Positions 9,920 through 20,740 of a stretch of DNA of 64,000 nucleotides are shown piece by piece (position 1 is the first letter of the stretch; every line of letters begins with the position of its first letter). The position numbers and the translations under genes were made by a program. The notes under the pieces were generated by a model. It saw nothing but the letters and a program-made list of their open reading frames with translations. It made no database searches and was not told where the DNA came from. Source of the DNA: Desulfatiglandales bacterium (lineage in GTDB: Bacteria > Desulfobacterota > DSM-4660 > Desulfatiglandales > Desulfatiglandaceae); contig OY762721.1 of assembly GCA_963666345.1 (NCBI GenBank), positions 1,376,001 to 1,440,000 on the forward strand, given 5' to 3'.

Positions 9920-12900
9920 ATGTACATCATTGGACTCGATATCGGATATTCTTCTGCAAAAATGGTGCTGATTGATGAGCATGCACGGATAAGTTATTCA
10001 AATTATAGGCTTCATAAAGGCGACGCAGCAGGCGTAATCAGGCAATTTTTAGATGAGGCATCAAAGTCTTATCCCTTGTCTCAAATAGGGTATGGCGCCA
10101 TAACCGGCACCTGTGCCAGAATTTTGGGCAAATCAAAGGAAATCAACATAGTCAATGAGGTTGCAGCCCTTGTGGAGGGTGCCTTGGCAAGCCGGACAGG
10201 GGCACGCTCCATAATTGAAATAGGAGGTCAAAGCGCCAAATACATCACAGGCCTTAATTCTGATGACCGGTCCAGGATCAAGATCGCAATGAATTCGAAT
10301 TGCTCCTCAGGTACAGGATCATTTCTGGAGGAGCAGGTATCGCGCCTCAATCTGAGGCTTGAAGACTATTCCAGATATGCTGCAAGGGCCCGGACAATAC
10401 CCAGGATTGCCGGCCGTTGCAGCGTGTTTGCCAAAACTGATATCACCCATCACCAGCAGGAGGGGGTACCGGTTGAGGACATACTGCTGGGGCTCGCCTA
10501 TTCAGTTGTCAGGAACTACAGGGTGTCAGTCATGAGGAAACTTTCAATGGAAAAGCCGATCCTGCTTGCAGGCGGGGTTGCCCACAACAATGGAATACGC
10601 GCTGCCCTAAGAGATGTCCTTGATCTTGACAACGGGAAACTGATCATCCCCGAGCATATGGACTGCATTGCTGCGCTTGGCGCAGCAATGATAGCCCGGA
10701 ATGATATGCTTCACATTGACCTTGAACAGCTGGGCTCCAGGCTGAATCGGTCAAAAGGAACAATCGATATAACAGAAGACGGGACCACCCTGCCGCCCTT
10801 ATCTCTTTTCGGAAGCAATGACAGTTCGGGCAGACATAGAATCGTTGATACACAGACACGCTCCCTGGATTGCTATCTCGGGGTGGATGTGGGCTCAACA
10901 AGTACGAACCTTGTAGCCTCAGATAGGCAGGACCGGATCATCGGATTTCGCTATCTGAGAACGCATGGTAATCCTTTAGAGGCGGTCCGCAGCGGACTGA
11001 AATCTCTGGAAGATCAATTCAAGGGAAAGCTCAAAGTCCTTGGTGCATGCACCACCGGTTCAGGTCGCTATATGACGGCGAGGCTCATAGGAGCTGATCT
11101 GATAAAGGATGAAATCACTGCCCAGGCAAGGGCGGCCGTAACCATAGATCCTGATGTGGATACCATCTTTGAAATCGGGGGGCAAGATTCAAAGTATATA
11201 TCGATCAAAGACAGGGTGGTGACGGACTTTCAGATGAACAAAATCTGTGCTGCCGGCACCGGCTCATTTATAGAGGAGCAGGCAAAAAAATTCAATATCC
11301 CTCTAAACGAGATTGGGAGAAAGGCCCTGGTCGGTTTCCATCCGGTCAACCTGGGTGAACGGTGCACCGTGTTCATAGAATCAAGCATTGCGGCTCATCT
11401 GGCTAGTGGAGCGAAAATGGAGGATATCACGGCAGGACTCTGCTATTCCATTGTCAAGAACTACCTTAACCGGGTAGTCGGCCAAAAAAAAGTCGGGGAA
11501 AAGGTCCTTTTTCAGGGAGGAGTCGCCTACAACCAGGGAGTGGTGAACGCTTTCCGATGCCTTACAGGGAAAGAGATTCTCGTCCCACCCTTTTTTAGTG
11601 TCACAGGGGCATACGGAGCGGCTATCCTTGCCAGAGAATCAATGAAAGAAAGTGAAACAACCTTCAAAGGATTTCACCTGGAATCAAATGAGATCTTTTT
11701 ACAGAACGACAAGAGGCGAAAGGCAAAAAAGAAACGGGTTTCGAGATTCAACAGATCAGTTGAAGAGCTTATTTTTGAAGGATATACCAAAGAGCTTGAT
11801 CCGCGGAAAAAGACCGTGGGTATTCCAAGGGCGCTTTTTACTTATGGCATGTTCAGCATGTTTTACCGGATTTTCTCAGAACTTGGATTCAACGTGCTTT
11901 TATCCGACCCTACCAGCGAAAGGACCATCAGCCTGGGCCAGGAATACTCCCTGGAAGAGGCCTGCTATCCGGTCAAGCTTATAAACGGACATGTGGCCGA
12001 ACTGATCGATAAAAAGGTCGATTTCATCTTCTTCCCAGACCTTTATACTGTGGATCACCCCGGCTCACCCTCAAGGCAGAACTATGGGTGCGCGTATATG
12101 CAGCTTGCATTTAAGGTGGTAAATCAGGCCATGGACCTCGAAAGCAAAGGCATACAACTGCTCTCCCCTACCATTGCCTTCAGCCTGGGTAAGGAATTTA
12201 TGATGAACAGTTTCGCAGAACTTGGACGCCAGCTGGACAAAACCCCTCAGGAAACGATCCTTGCGCTGCAAAAAGGGGTAAAGGCGTTCCATGATTTCGA
12301 GGCAAGGATTGAAAGAGAGGGGAAAGAGGCCCTCAGGAAACTGGAGCCTAACAGTAAGGCCTTCGTTCTCATATCAAAGATCTACGGCATAGCCGACCCG
12401 GTATTGAACATGGGCATTCCGGACAAGCTGATGGATATGGGGTATCAGGTATTGCCCTTTTATTTTTTGCCTGAAGGGGACCTGTCAAAAGAACATCCCA
12501 ACATGTACTGGCCCTTTGGACAGCATATACTTGAGCCTGCGCAACTCGTGAGGGAGCATCCCAATCTCTATGCGATTCTGCTTACACACCACGGCTGCGG
12601 ACCTGATTCGGTCATGGCCCACTTTTTCAGAGAAGAGATGCAGGGAAAACCATATCTTCACATCGAGGTCGACGAACACTCCTCCGGGGTCGGAATCATC
12701 ACGCGGGTGGAGGCATTTGTAAACAGCCTGGACAATCTTGCCACAAAGACAGCCGAAGATGTAAATGTATATCTGAATAAAGTTTCCCACAAGGATGAAA
12801 ATATCAAAGAAAAATGTCTCAAGCCAAAACAAGCCACCACAATTTATCTTCCCTGCATCCACCCCTATTCGCAAATCGCCAAAGAACTCTTGGTCTCAAA

Positions 12901-13903
12901 AGGCATTGCAGCTGATGTACTGCCTCAGACCAGCCTGGACACGATCGACATTGGTAGAAAATTTACCATGGCCGAGGAGTATTTTTCACTCACCGCACTT
13001 ATAGGGGATATCTTGAGCAAATGCACCTTTGAGGGTAACGGGCAGTATGCCTTTTTTATCCCGAAAACGGAAGGGGCTGAGGTGGAAGGACAGTACAGCC
13101 GGATGCTCCGGATGAAACTTGATGAAGAAGGCTATTCCCATGTTGACATTATTTCTCCTTTTATGGAAGACCTTCTGGACAAAGAGGATGAAGGAGGACA
13201 TTCTCTGTTTATGTGCCTTATTGCTGGAGATATCATCCTTGCAGCACCGGCAGAAAAGCGTGATAAATATCTCCATCGCATATATGAACTTGCAAGGAAT
13301 CACAGCCTCAGGATAGATGAGCTTAAACTCATAGCAAAGGAAATACGCGGGGAGGTGCAAAAACGCCAATGGACAAAACAGATCCTTGCCATTGGCGAAC
13401 CATTGGTACTTTACAATGACTTTATGAATAATTTTACCTTTAAAGAAATTGAAAACAAGGGATATCGTGTTATCTACGCCCCTTTCAGTGAGGCCATGTG
13501 GCTGTTCTGGCGAGACCATGTTTATCAAAACGGCAGAGATGAAATGCGCTTGAACATATTGAGCAGACTCAGTGACGTCATTAAGGTAATTTCAAAATGC
13601 CTTGGTATGGAGGGACCGTTTGAAAGGGGTCCGGAGTCTCTCGCTAGCATTGCGGACGACAACGTCGGTTACTATGCCGGTGCATTCGGCCGATACAGGG
13701 GTTCCAAGATCCTGGGAGAACTCCGACTCGTGGACGGCATCATCACTGTCACATCCACATATGAGAACACGGGCATTTCGCTCAACATTCTGCAGAAAGG
13801 CCTTACAGGGAAAAGCCTGAAACCGATCCTCAACCTTGCATTTGATGGAAACCGCAATGAAAACGATGTTACCAAGCGCGAATCCTTTATCTATTATCTT
13901 TAG
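9920..13903 (+). CDS. CoA-substrate-specific enzyme activase (tandem BcrAD/BadFG ATPase domains plus DUF2229-like region)
   Basis: Two ASKHA repeats: GLDIGYSS/EIGGQSAK/MNSNCSSGTGSF/RCSVF and GVDVGSTS/EIGGQDSK/MNKICAAGTGSF/RCTVF; CYPVK; HGCGPD. Confidence 0.9.
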   Translation: MYIIGLDIGYSSAKMVLIDEHARISYSNYRLHKGDAAGVIRQFLDEASKSYPLSQIGYGAITGTCARILGKSKEINIVNEVAALVEGALASRTGARSIIEIGGQSAKYITGLNSDDRSRIKIAMNSNCSSGTGSFLEEQVSRLNLRLEDYSRYAARARTIPRIAGRCSVFAKTDITHHQQEGVPVEDILLGLAYSVVRNYRVSVMRKLSMEKPILLAGGVAHNNGIRAALRDVLDLDNGKLIIPEHMDCIAALGAAMIARNDMLHIDLEQLGSRLNRSKGTIDITEDGTTLPPLSLFGSNDSSGRHRIVDTQTRSLDCYLGVDVGSTSTNLVASDRQDRIIGFRYLRTHGNPLEAVRSGLKSLEDQFKGKLKVLGACTTGSGRYMTARLIGADLIKDEITAQARAAVTIDPDVDTIFEIGGQDSKYISIKDRVVTDFQMNKICAAGTGSFIEEQAKKFNIPLNEIGRKALVGFHPVNLGERCTVFIESSIAAHLASGAKMEDITAGLCYSIVKNYLNRVVGQKKVGEKVLFQGGVAYNQGVVNAFRCLTGKEILVPPFFSVTGAYGAAILARESMKESETTFKGFHLESNEIFLQNDKRRKAKKKRVSRFNRSVEELIFEGYTKELDPRKKTVGIPRALFTYGMFSMFYRIFSELGFNVLLSDPTSERTISLGQEYSLEEACYPVKLINGHVAELIDKKVDFIFFPDLYTVDHPGSPSRQNYGCAYMQLAFKVVNQAMDLESKGIQLLSPTIAFSLGKEFMMNSFAELGRQLDKTPQETILALQKGVKAFHDFEARIEREGKEALRKLEPNSKAFVLISKIYGIADPVLNMGIPDKLMDMGYQVLPFYFLPEGDLSKEHPNMYWPFGQHILEPAQLVREHPNLYAILLTHHGCGPDSVMAHFFREEMQGKPYLHIEVDEHSSGVGIITRVEAFVNSLDNLATKTAEDVNVYLNKVSHKDENIKEKCLKPKQATTIYLPCIHPYSQIAKELLVSKGIAADVLPQTSLDTIDIGRKFTMAEEYFSLTALIGDILSKCTFEGNGQYAFFIPKTEGAEVEGQYSRMLRMKLDEEGYSHVDIISPFMEDLLDKEDEGGHSLFMCLIAGDIILAAPAEKRDKYLHRIYELARNHSLRIDELKLIAKEIRGEVQKRQWTKQILAIGEPLVLYNDFMNNFTFKEIENKGYRVIYAPFSEAMWLFWRDHVYQNGRDEMRLNILSRLSDVIKVISKCLGMEGPFERGPESLASIADDNVGYYAGAFGRYRGSKILGELRLVDGIITVTSTYENTGISLNILQKGLTGKSLKPILNLAFDGNRNENDVTKRESFIYYL

Positions 13904-13956
13904 ATGTTTAAGATTGATCTTGACATAATATTTAAGCGGCTTTACCATACTTCTGT

Positions 13957-14424
13957 ATGGAAAACAAAGAAGACCTTATAGAATCCATCCTGCGCCGGCT
14001 GATGAGGATAATCAACAAACAGAGGCGCATTGAGGAAATGCCGGTACGCATTGATAAGGACATTGAGGTGACTCCGACAGAGAGCCATACTGTTCAGACC
14101 ATCGGAGAGCGTAAATCAGTGAATGTTACTGATCTGGCTGCCCATTTCGGAGTCACCAAGAGTGCGGCATCACAAATAGTAACCAAACTTGCAAAAAAAG
14201 GTTTTGTTAAAAAAAGCGTGTCTGACCGCAGCGGTAAAGAATTACAATTGACTCTTACAGAGCTGGGTCGGCGCGCGTTCGAAGCGCACGAAAGATGTCA
14301 CGGACGGCATCTGGCTGACATTGTAACCCGTCTGGGTTCCTTTTCACTCTCGCAGATCGCAATTGCGGACGTCATGCTGGACGTTGTAGAAGACGTGATA
14401 AATGAGCGCCTTAAGAAGAAGTGA
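13957..14424 (+). CDS. MarR family transcriptional regulator
   Basis: wHTH VTDLAAHFGVTKSAASQIVTKLAKKGFV...LTLTELG; flanked on both sides by TTAAG-N3-CTTAA boxes. Confidence 0.92.
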   Translation: MENKEDLIESILRRLMRIINKQRRIEEMPVRIDKDIEVTPTESHTVQTIGERKSVNVTDLAAHFGVTKSAASQIVTKLAKKGFVKKSVSDRSGKELQLTLTELGRRAFEAHERCHGRHLADIVTRLGSFSLSQIAIADVMLDVVEDVINERLKKK

Positions 14425-14443
14425 TATTTTTTTGGCCATATAG

Positions 14444-14456
14444 TTAAGTAGCTTAA
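14444..14456. promoter_or_regulatory. Perfect palindromic operator TTAAGTAGCTTAA
   Basis: Between marR and the sufC-like gene; same motif at 13932-13944. Confidence 0.65.
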
Positions 14457-14494
14457 TCACTGGCAGGTTAATTTATTAACGAAGCAGCCCCAGG

Positions 14495-15289
14495 GTGGGA
14501 GGAGTTAAGATCTTGATCTCAATAACGAGCCTTCACGTAAACATCATGGGCAAAAAGATCCTTCGCGGCGTAGATCTTGAGATCCCTGACGGAGAAATTC
14601 ACGCCCTGTTAGGGCCGAACGGTTCCGGCAAAAGCGTCATGATGATGACCATTATGGGCTATCCTGAGTATGAAGTCTTAAGCGGGAGCATTGTCTTTAA
14701 CGGCAGGAATATCACCCGTCTGCCCATAGATGAAAGGGCTAGGCTGGGAATCGGGATATCAGAACAACATCCCCCGGAAATAAAAGAAGTCAAGCTCAGA
14801 AACCTGATAAATAGCATGCCCCTGGCTAATGATCTGAAGGACAAGCGCAATATCAGGCTTGGTTCCACGATTAGAATAGGCCGGTTCCTTGACCGGGGCA
14901 TAAACCATGGGCTCTCAGGAGGTGAAAGCAAACAGGCTGAGCTGTTCCTCCTGCTGCTTTCAAATCCTAACCTGCTGCTTCTGGATGAGCCTGATTCAGG
15001 AGTGGATCCAGAGCAGCTGAAGCTGGTCGGAGGGATGATCAATTCATCACTTCGCAATACGCCGGGGGCTGCCCCCCCGGGAAAGGGAAAGGCACACCGA
15101 AATGGAAGTCCAAAGGCGGCCCTGATATCAACGCATTCGGCCGCTATACTTGAATATCTGAAAGTGGACAAGGCACACCTGATGATGAACGGAAAAATAA
15201 AGTGCAGCGGCGAACCCTTACTTATGATGACTCATATAGTTAATCAGGGCTACGACCACTGCATCAGTTGTCTGGCACCGCTTAAATAA
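14495..15289 (+). CDS. SufC-like (SmsC) Fe-S assembly ABC ATPase
   Basis: GPNGSGKS, LSGGE, LLLLDEPDSG; C-terminal GYDHCISC (CxxC) as in SMS-type SufC; exact start uncertain. Confidence 0.82.
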   Translation: MGGVKILISITSLHVNIMGKKILRGVDLEIPDGEIHALLGPNGSGKSVMMMTIMGYPEYEVLSGSIVFNGRNITRLPIDERARLGIGISEQHPPEIKEVKLRNLINSMPLANDLKDKRNIRLGSTIRIGRFLDRGINHGLSGGESKQAELFLLLLSNPNLLLLDEPDSGVDPEQLKLVGGMINSSLRNTPGAAPPGKGKAHRNGSPKAALISTHSAAILEYLKVDKAHLMMNGKIKCSGEPLLMMTHIVNQGYDHCISCLAPLK

Positions 15290-15329
15290 CAGCTATGAGG
15301 CACGGGACCCATTAAAAGAGTTTAACGAA

Positions 15330-16499
15330 ATGAATCAGATAGACTTTGAAGAATACCGGTTTTCATTATGGCAGGAGGAAAGGGGAACCATGCTGTCCTC
15401 CATTGATCGATTTGGCAACAAGGAGAGAGCCGCCCTGAGGTCGGTCGGCGTGGATTTTAACAGGATAAGAGATGCTGGAGGCTTTCTGCAACATGATCAC
15501 GATTTTCTAACACTGCCTCCTAAGGTCCCGGGAATCGAGATCCTGCCTGTGGAAACAGCCCTCAGCCGATATCCCGAAATAGGGAAAAAATTCTGTTTCA
15601 AGGCGATTAGCCCTGATGAGGACAGATATACAAAGGCTGTTTCCGGCACATTACCACACGGCTACTTCATCCGCGTCAAAGAGGGGGTCAGGATTGAAAG
15701 GCCTGTCATGGCCGGGCTTTTAATGCCTAAGGAAAGATGCTCCATGAGCCTTCATAACATAGTGGTGCTGGAGCAGGGAGCGGGCCTTAACCTTGTGACA
15801 GGCTGCACCTCCTGCGGGGAGGTAAACTCCGGTCTGCATGTTTCGGTAAGCGAGCACTTTGTAGGAGAAAACGCAAGCCTTGTGAATACGACGATCCACT
15901 GCTGGGGGCCGGAGTTCATAGTCAGACCCAAATCCGCAACCGTTGTGGCTGACAAAGGAAATTACATGGAAAACTACTACTGCCTCCAACCGCCGATGGA
16001 TCTGGATATGAGCCCTGTCACCCATCTGAGTGGGGAAAGGGCCTCTGCCCGATTCATGGCCGCGGCCGTGTGCCTGCCTGGGACCCGTTGTGACATCGGC
16101 GGAACGGTATATCTCACTGGGGTAGGCTCAAGCGCCGAACTGGTGGCAAGGTCGGTAAACCATGGCGGTGATTTGATTCAGAAGGGCCTGCTCGTGGGCG
16201 CAGCAAAAGGGTGCAAGGCCCATGTGGATTGCTCCGGTTTGATGCTCAACCATAAGGGCAGCATAGAAGCGGTTCCAGGTCTAAAATCCATGCACCCGGA
16301 TGCCAGGATGTCGCACGAAGCGGCCATAGGAAGAATCGATACAGGCGCCCTGAATTACCTACGATCAAAAGGGTTGACGGAGGCAGAGGCAATTTCTCTG
16401 ATAGTCAGGGGTTTTTTGGATATCAGCCCTGAAATCGAACGGCTTTCTCCGCAATTGGAAAGAAGCATTAAGAAGATAGCATCATTTTCAGGGCATTGA
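15330..16499 (+). CDS. SufB/D-like (SmsB) Fe-S scaffold
   Basis: GYFIRV, HNIVVLE, AHVDC, HEAAIG, YLRSKGL...IVRGFL. Confidence 0.88.
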   Translation: MNQIDFEEYRFSLWQEERGTMLSSIDRFGNKERAALRSVGVDFNRIRDAGGFLQHDHDFLTLPPKVPGIEILPVETALSRYPEIGKKFCFKAISPDEDRYTKAVSGTLPHGYFIRVKEGVRIERPVMAGLLMPKERCSMSLHNIVVLEQGAGLNLVTGCTSCGEVNSGLHVSVSEHFVGENASLVNTTIHCWGPEFIVRPKSATVVADKGNYMENYYCLQPPMDLDMSPVTHLSGERASARFMAAAVCLPGTRCDIGGTVYLTGVGSSAELVARSVNHGGDLIQKGLLVGAAKGCKAHVDCSGLMLNHKGSIEAVPGLKSMHPDARMSHEAAIGRIDTGALNYLRSKGLTEAEAISLIVRGFLDISPEIERLSPQLERSIKKIASFSGH

Positions 16500-16581
16500 A
16501 GGCCGGTTGCCTGACAAAAACATGCTGACGCAGAAGCGGGATAGCAGTTAAGAAACACATATGAACTAAAGGAGGAGACAG

Positions 16582-17388
16582 ATGAAACTGGCGGTTTGTG
16601 GCAAAGGTGGCAGCGGGAAAAGCACTGTGGCGGCCCTGCTTGCAAAGGAATTTCAACGCAGGTCCAATCAGATTATCGTAATCGACTCGGACGAATCAAA
16701 TTCGGGGCTTCACTGGATGCTTGGGATCGAAAAATTACCCCTTCCACTCATGGAATTGGTTGGAGGGAAAAGAAAAATACAGGATAAGATGACCGTGGGC
16801 TTTTCAATTGAGGGAGGCGAGGAAGCCCTGTCCATATGGAAGGCTGGCACAATTTCCGTGGCTGATATTCCATCGGCACATGTGGCTGGAAACGATGCCT
16901 GTAGGCTCGTGGTAACAGGCAAGATCGACAGGACCTTCGAGGGTTGTGCCTGCCCCATGGGAGTTGTAACCCGTGAATTTCTCAAGAAGCTTAAAGTCGA
17001 TTACAACCAGATCGCCATTGTGGACATGGAGGCGGGAGTAGAACATTTCGGTCGAGGTATAGAGACCAGCTTGGATGCGGTTTTCGTTGTGGTTGAGCCG
17101 TCACTCGAATCACTTTCGCTTGCGCAAAAGATAAAAGAATTGACTCACTGGGCCGGGGCCCATTTTGCAGGTGCGGTTATAAATAAAGTCATGACGGAAA
17201 GCACCCTGGCCCGCATATCGGATGAATTAAAGAATCGGGAAATACGGTCTCTGGGCTGTCTGAGATATAACAACACGATTTTGAATGACGGACTATTCGG
17301 CAGGCCTGTTGATTTGGACGAAAAATCAGATGAAGTGGTCCTCATCGCAGACAATATCCTGGATGCGATTATAAAAAGAGGGCTCTGA
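16582..17388 (+). CDS. CooC/AcsF-like nickel-insertion ATPase
   Basis: GKGGSGKS deviant Walker A, GCACPMG metal motif, DMEAGVEHFGRG. Confidence 0.87.
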   Translation: MKLAVCGKGGSGKSTVAALLAKEFQRRSNQIIVIDSDESNSGLHWMLGIEKLPLPLMELVGGKRKIQDKMTVGFSIEGGEEALSIWKAGTISVADIPSAHVAGNDACRLVVTGKIDRTFEGCACPMGVVTREFLKKLKVDYNQIAIVDMEAGVEHFGRGIETSLDAVFVVVEPSLESLSLAQKIKELTHWAGAHFAGAVINKVMTESTLARISDELKNREIRSLGCLRYNNTILNDGLFGRPVDLDEKSDEVVLIADNILDAIIKRGL

Positions 17389-17475
17389 TATTGAAACCAC
17401 TTACCATGCCAGCCCAAGATCAAAAAGGGTGATTCAGGACATGGGTAAAAGCTGAAAACCAGAAAGGATATTGAC

Positions 17476-18213
17476 ATGGCACCGGAACAATTCGAGCAAT
17501 TCAAACAAAACCCCAGGCATCTTTTTATCAAAGCGGTGGAAAAGAAGGACATGGAAACCTGCCTAGTCAAAGCAGCGGAATTCCACGGCCATTTTTGTCC
17601 GGGCGTGGCATTGGGAGTCATGGCATCGGTGTGCGGACTCTGGGAGCTCGATGTCGCCTCTGTTTTCTTCGACGGAATAATGGAGGATCTTATGGCTGTA
17701 GTAGAAGTCAATGCATGTTTCGCTGACGGAGTCCAGGCCGTTACCGGGTGTACCTTTGGAAACAACGCACTGGTCTATCGCGATCTGGGTCGCATTGCAG
17801 TAACATTTGCTCAGAGGGGACGCAAAAACGGAGTTCGTATAAGAGCCGTTCCAGATTACCGCGACCATGTAAACAAGGCGGCCCCTCAATTTTACAAACT
17901 CATGGAAAAGGTTATTATTAAAAGAAAAGGAAGCGCAGACGATATCATCGCTTTTCGCCTGGAAGCCAGAAAGGCGGCCTTTTGCCTTGTCAAACAACCT
18001 TTTGAGAAGATTCTGATCACTGAGAAGGTAAAACCTATTCTCCCGAAACAGGCGCCGGTCAAACCGAGCATCGTGTGCCCTGAATGCGGGGAGGAGATCA
18101 TGGGGAGCAAAATAGTTCAGGCAGGAAAACATAAAGGCCTATGTTTCACCTGCAGCAGACACCCATATCTTGAAGTGGAAGGACAGGGCATAGTCCAAAG
18201 GAACGGAATCTAA
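17476..18213 (+). CDS. FmdE/FwdE family protein with C-terminal zinc finger
   Basis: FHGHFCPG, CFADGVQAVTGCTFG, CPECGE...CFTC. Confidence 0.88.
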   Translation: MAPEQFEQFKQNPRHLFIKAVEKKDMETCLVKAAEFHGHFCPGVALGVMASVCGLWELDVASVFFDGIMEDLMAVVEVNACFADGVQAVTGCTFGNNALVYRDLGRIAVTFAQRGRKNGVRIRAVPDYRDHVNKAAPQFYKLMEKVIIKRKGSADDIIAFRLEARKAAFCLVKQPFEKILITEKVKPILPKQAPVKPSIVCPECGEEIMGSKIVQAGKHKGLCFTCSRHPYLEVEGQGIVQRNGI

Positions 18214-18241
18214 GATCTGATACGTAAAATGGATAAGGCGC

Positions 18242-18853
18242 ATGACAGATAAAAGAAATGATACGTGCAAACAAAGGCATATACCCGGCAGAGGACACAA
18301 AGGTCATGGCCCCTCCAGCGCTTGGATGCATGACCCGAAAACAGTACTCGATCTCATCCCGCTTAAAGAGGGGCAAGTCTTTGCAGACCTGGGTTGCGGC
18401 ACGGGTGATTACGCAATTGAGGCATCGACCATAGTCGGAACAACCGGCAGGGTCTACGCATTGGACAAGTTGCCCTATTTGATAGACAATCTCTCAAACA
18501 CCATTAAATCCCCGGGTTTGAAAAACATCACACCCATAACGGCGGACATCACAGAGCCTCTACCCATAGACGACAAGAGTGTGGATGTGGCTTTCATCGC
18601 TACCGTGCTCCACATCTTCGATTTGAAGCGGATCGCAGTCACCCTTTTTGTCGAAGTCTCCAGGATACTCAAACCGTCAGGCCGCCTGGCTGTAGTCGAG
18701 TGCAAAAAAGAGGACCAGCCCTTTGGGCCGCCGGAACACATGCGGAATTCCCCGGAAGAGCTAATAGCGGCCCTGTCTCCCTGCGGGTTCATACAGAGAA
18801 CCTACACCGATCTGGGCTACAACTATATAATTCAAGTTGAAAAACGGCAATAG
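18242..18853 (+). CDS. Class I SAM-dependent methyltransferase
   Basis: ADLGCGTG motif I; RILKPSGRL; His-rich N-terminus. Confidence 0.88.
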   Translation: MTDKRNDTCKQRHIPGRGHKGHGPSSAWMHDPKTVLDLIPLKEGQVFADLGCGTGDYAIEASTIVGTTGRVYALDKLPYLIDNLSNTIKSPGLKNITPITADITEPLPIDDKSVDVAFIATVLHIFDLKRIAVTLFVEVSRILKPSGRLAVVECKKEDQPFGPPEHMRNSPEELIAALSPCGFIQRTYTDLGYNYIIQVEKRQ

Positions 18854-18878
18854 GTTCCACAACCTCAGAGTTAATGCC

Positions 18879-19334
18879 ATGGGGACGCAATCCGAAAAAC
18901 AGAATAATAATAGCGGCCTGATTTCATCCACCATGGAAGACTACCTCAAGGCCATATTCGAACTGGATAAGCTCAAGAGGGTTGTCAGAGTAAAGGACAT
19001 CGCCAAAAAACTCGAGGTAAAGATGCCAACAGTGACCGGCATGCTCAAAAAGCTGGAAGAACGCGGGCTGGTCAGGCACAAAAAATATGAATTCGTTGAA
19101 TTGACAGTTACAGGGGCCTTCTTCGGAAATGAAATGCGGCGGCGGCATGCCATACTGCTCAGGTTTCTCACTGAGATCCTGAAAGTTGAAATAAAAACAG
19201 CTGCAGAGGAGGCATGCAAACTGGAGCATTTTCTAAGCAAGGGCACATTGGAAAACCTCATAGATTTTATGGATTTTGTGGAAGCCTGCCCGAGAGCTCA
19301 AGAAAGATGGCCTGACCGGTCAAAGGACTGCTGA
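18879..19334 (+). CDS. DtxR/MntR family metal-dependent transcriptional regulator
   Basis: MEDYLKAI, VRVKDIAKKLEVKMPTVT, RRH..L..FL, EEACKLEH. Confidence 0.92.
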   Translation: MGTQSEKQNNNSGLISSTMEDYLKAIFELDKLKRVVRVKDIAKKLEVKMPTVTGMLKKLEERGLVRHKKYEFVELTVTGAFFGNEMRRRHAILLRFLTEILKVEIKTAAEEACKLEHFLSKGTLENLIDFMDFVEACPRAQERWPDRSKDC

Positions 19335-19395
19335 TGAAAGGATCTTGAGAAGTTTAAGCTCACTGTTCAAAGTTTGAGGAATCCGGTTTTAGGGG

Positions 19396-20700
19396 TTAAT
19401 CACATCCTTTGTCTTCAGGTTGACCGGGCTGTCGTTTGAAGAGCGATTGGACTCGAAATTGTATGATAATTTCCGAGACGACAAATCCGGCAAGGGTAAA
19501 AAAAACCAAAAGAGTGTATAAACCGGCTACACCCAGGTGATCTCCTACGGCACCAAAGGCAGGGGCTGTAGCCAATGGAAAGATGATGAAGAGGCTACTG
19601 AGAACCGCAAAACCTGTGCCCGACTGATGTCCCGCACTGACACGCATCATAATGGTAAAGGCCCATACATGAATAGCGCCGATTAGGATATTGTCCAGGG
19701 ACAGAATTAGGCCGGCCTGCCATAAGGACATGCTGTGTTTTGCTCCACAAATGGCTGTAAAACCTGCAAGTATAATTGATATCATACAAAAACATCGAAG
19801 GAATATCCTGTTTCCGGTTCGATATAAAAGCCATCCCGAAACAGCTGTTCCAGTCAAGCCAGCCGGGTAGGCAAAGCTCATAAGAAGGGTCCCGATTTCT
19901 TTGGGGCACAAACCAAGATCCGCCAGAACAGGCATCCGCATTTGAAACCCTGTAAAGGCAAAGGTGGTCGAAGCTATCAGCACCGCAATTAACCAGTAGA
20001 CCTTATCGCGCCGAAGGAAGGCAAGGATGCCGAACGCCTTTTCCTTTTTATCGCTCTGGCCTTCCTCCCGGACAGGAGGGATCTCCCGATGAAAAAATAT
20101 CGGAAGGCTGAGCAGAAAGGCTGCCCCGGCCAGAAATATACACAGGGCTTTCCAACTCATAAAGGAATAGAGGAAAAGCATCAGCCCCCCTCCCATCATC
20201 ATGCCGGCGAATCTGGCGCCTGCCTGGATTGTATTGCCCCAGGGGCGTTCTTCAGGATAAAGGATATCGGTTGCATACCCGTCAACCGCAATGTCATTGG
20301 TCGCCATGACCATATTAAGCAGAAGCAGAATCAGGTACATCGTGCTGAAATGAGTCTCCGGAGGGGTAAAAGAGACGCAAAGTAAGAGAACCGCCCCAAG
20401 CCACTGCAGGGGAAATATCCATGTTCGCCGTCTACCTATTGAAGGGATATAGATGCGGTCCACCCATGGGGCCCACAGGAATTTTATGGCCCATGGAAGA
20501 TGGAGGATAAAAAGAGCGCCTATTCCTTTCAGCGGCATATGAAGCTGTCGCATAATTACGGGAAGACTTCCGAACACAAAGCCCAAAGAAATTGTCTGAC
20601 ATAGATACATGGAAGTCAGAAGTCCAGCCTTGAACTCTCTGGGATGGTCTGACATCCATTTCTTTAAAAAATGCCTCATGTTATAGTCCTTTAAAAGCAA
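19396..20700 (-). CDS. MFS transporter, AmpG/RhtX/FptX-like
   Basis: LPWAIKFLWAPWVD, GRRRTWI, ATNDIAVDG; about 12 TM helices. Confidence 0.85.
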   Translation of the reverse strand: MLLKDYNMRHFLKKWMSDHPREFKAGLLTSMYLCQTISLGFVFGSLPVIMRQLHMPLKGIGALFILHLPWAIKFLWAPWVDRIYIPSIGRRRTWIFPLQWLGAVLLLCVSFTPPETHFSTMYLILLLLNMVMATNDIAVDGYATDILYPEERPWGNTIQAGARFAGMMMGGGLMLFLYSFMSWKALCIFLAGAAFLLSLPIFFHREIPPVREEGQSDKKEKAFGILAFLRRDKVYWLIAVLIASTTFAFTGFQMRMPVLADLGLCPKEIGTLLMSFAYPAGLTGTAVSGWLLYRTGNRIFLRCFCMISIILAGFTAICGAKHSMSLWQAGLILSLDNILIGAIHVWAFTIMMRVSAGHQSGTGFAVLSSLFIIFPLATAPAFGAVGDHLGVAGLYTLLVFFTLAGFVVSEIIIQFRVQSLFKRQPGQPEDKGCD

Positions 20701-20740
20701 TAAATGGCGAGAATCAGTGAGGTATTTTCCTTGATCATTT

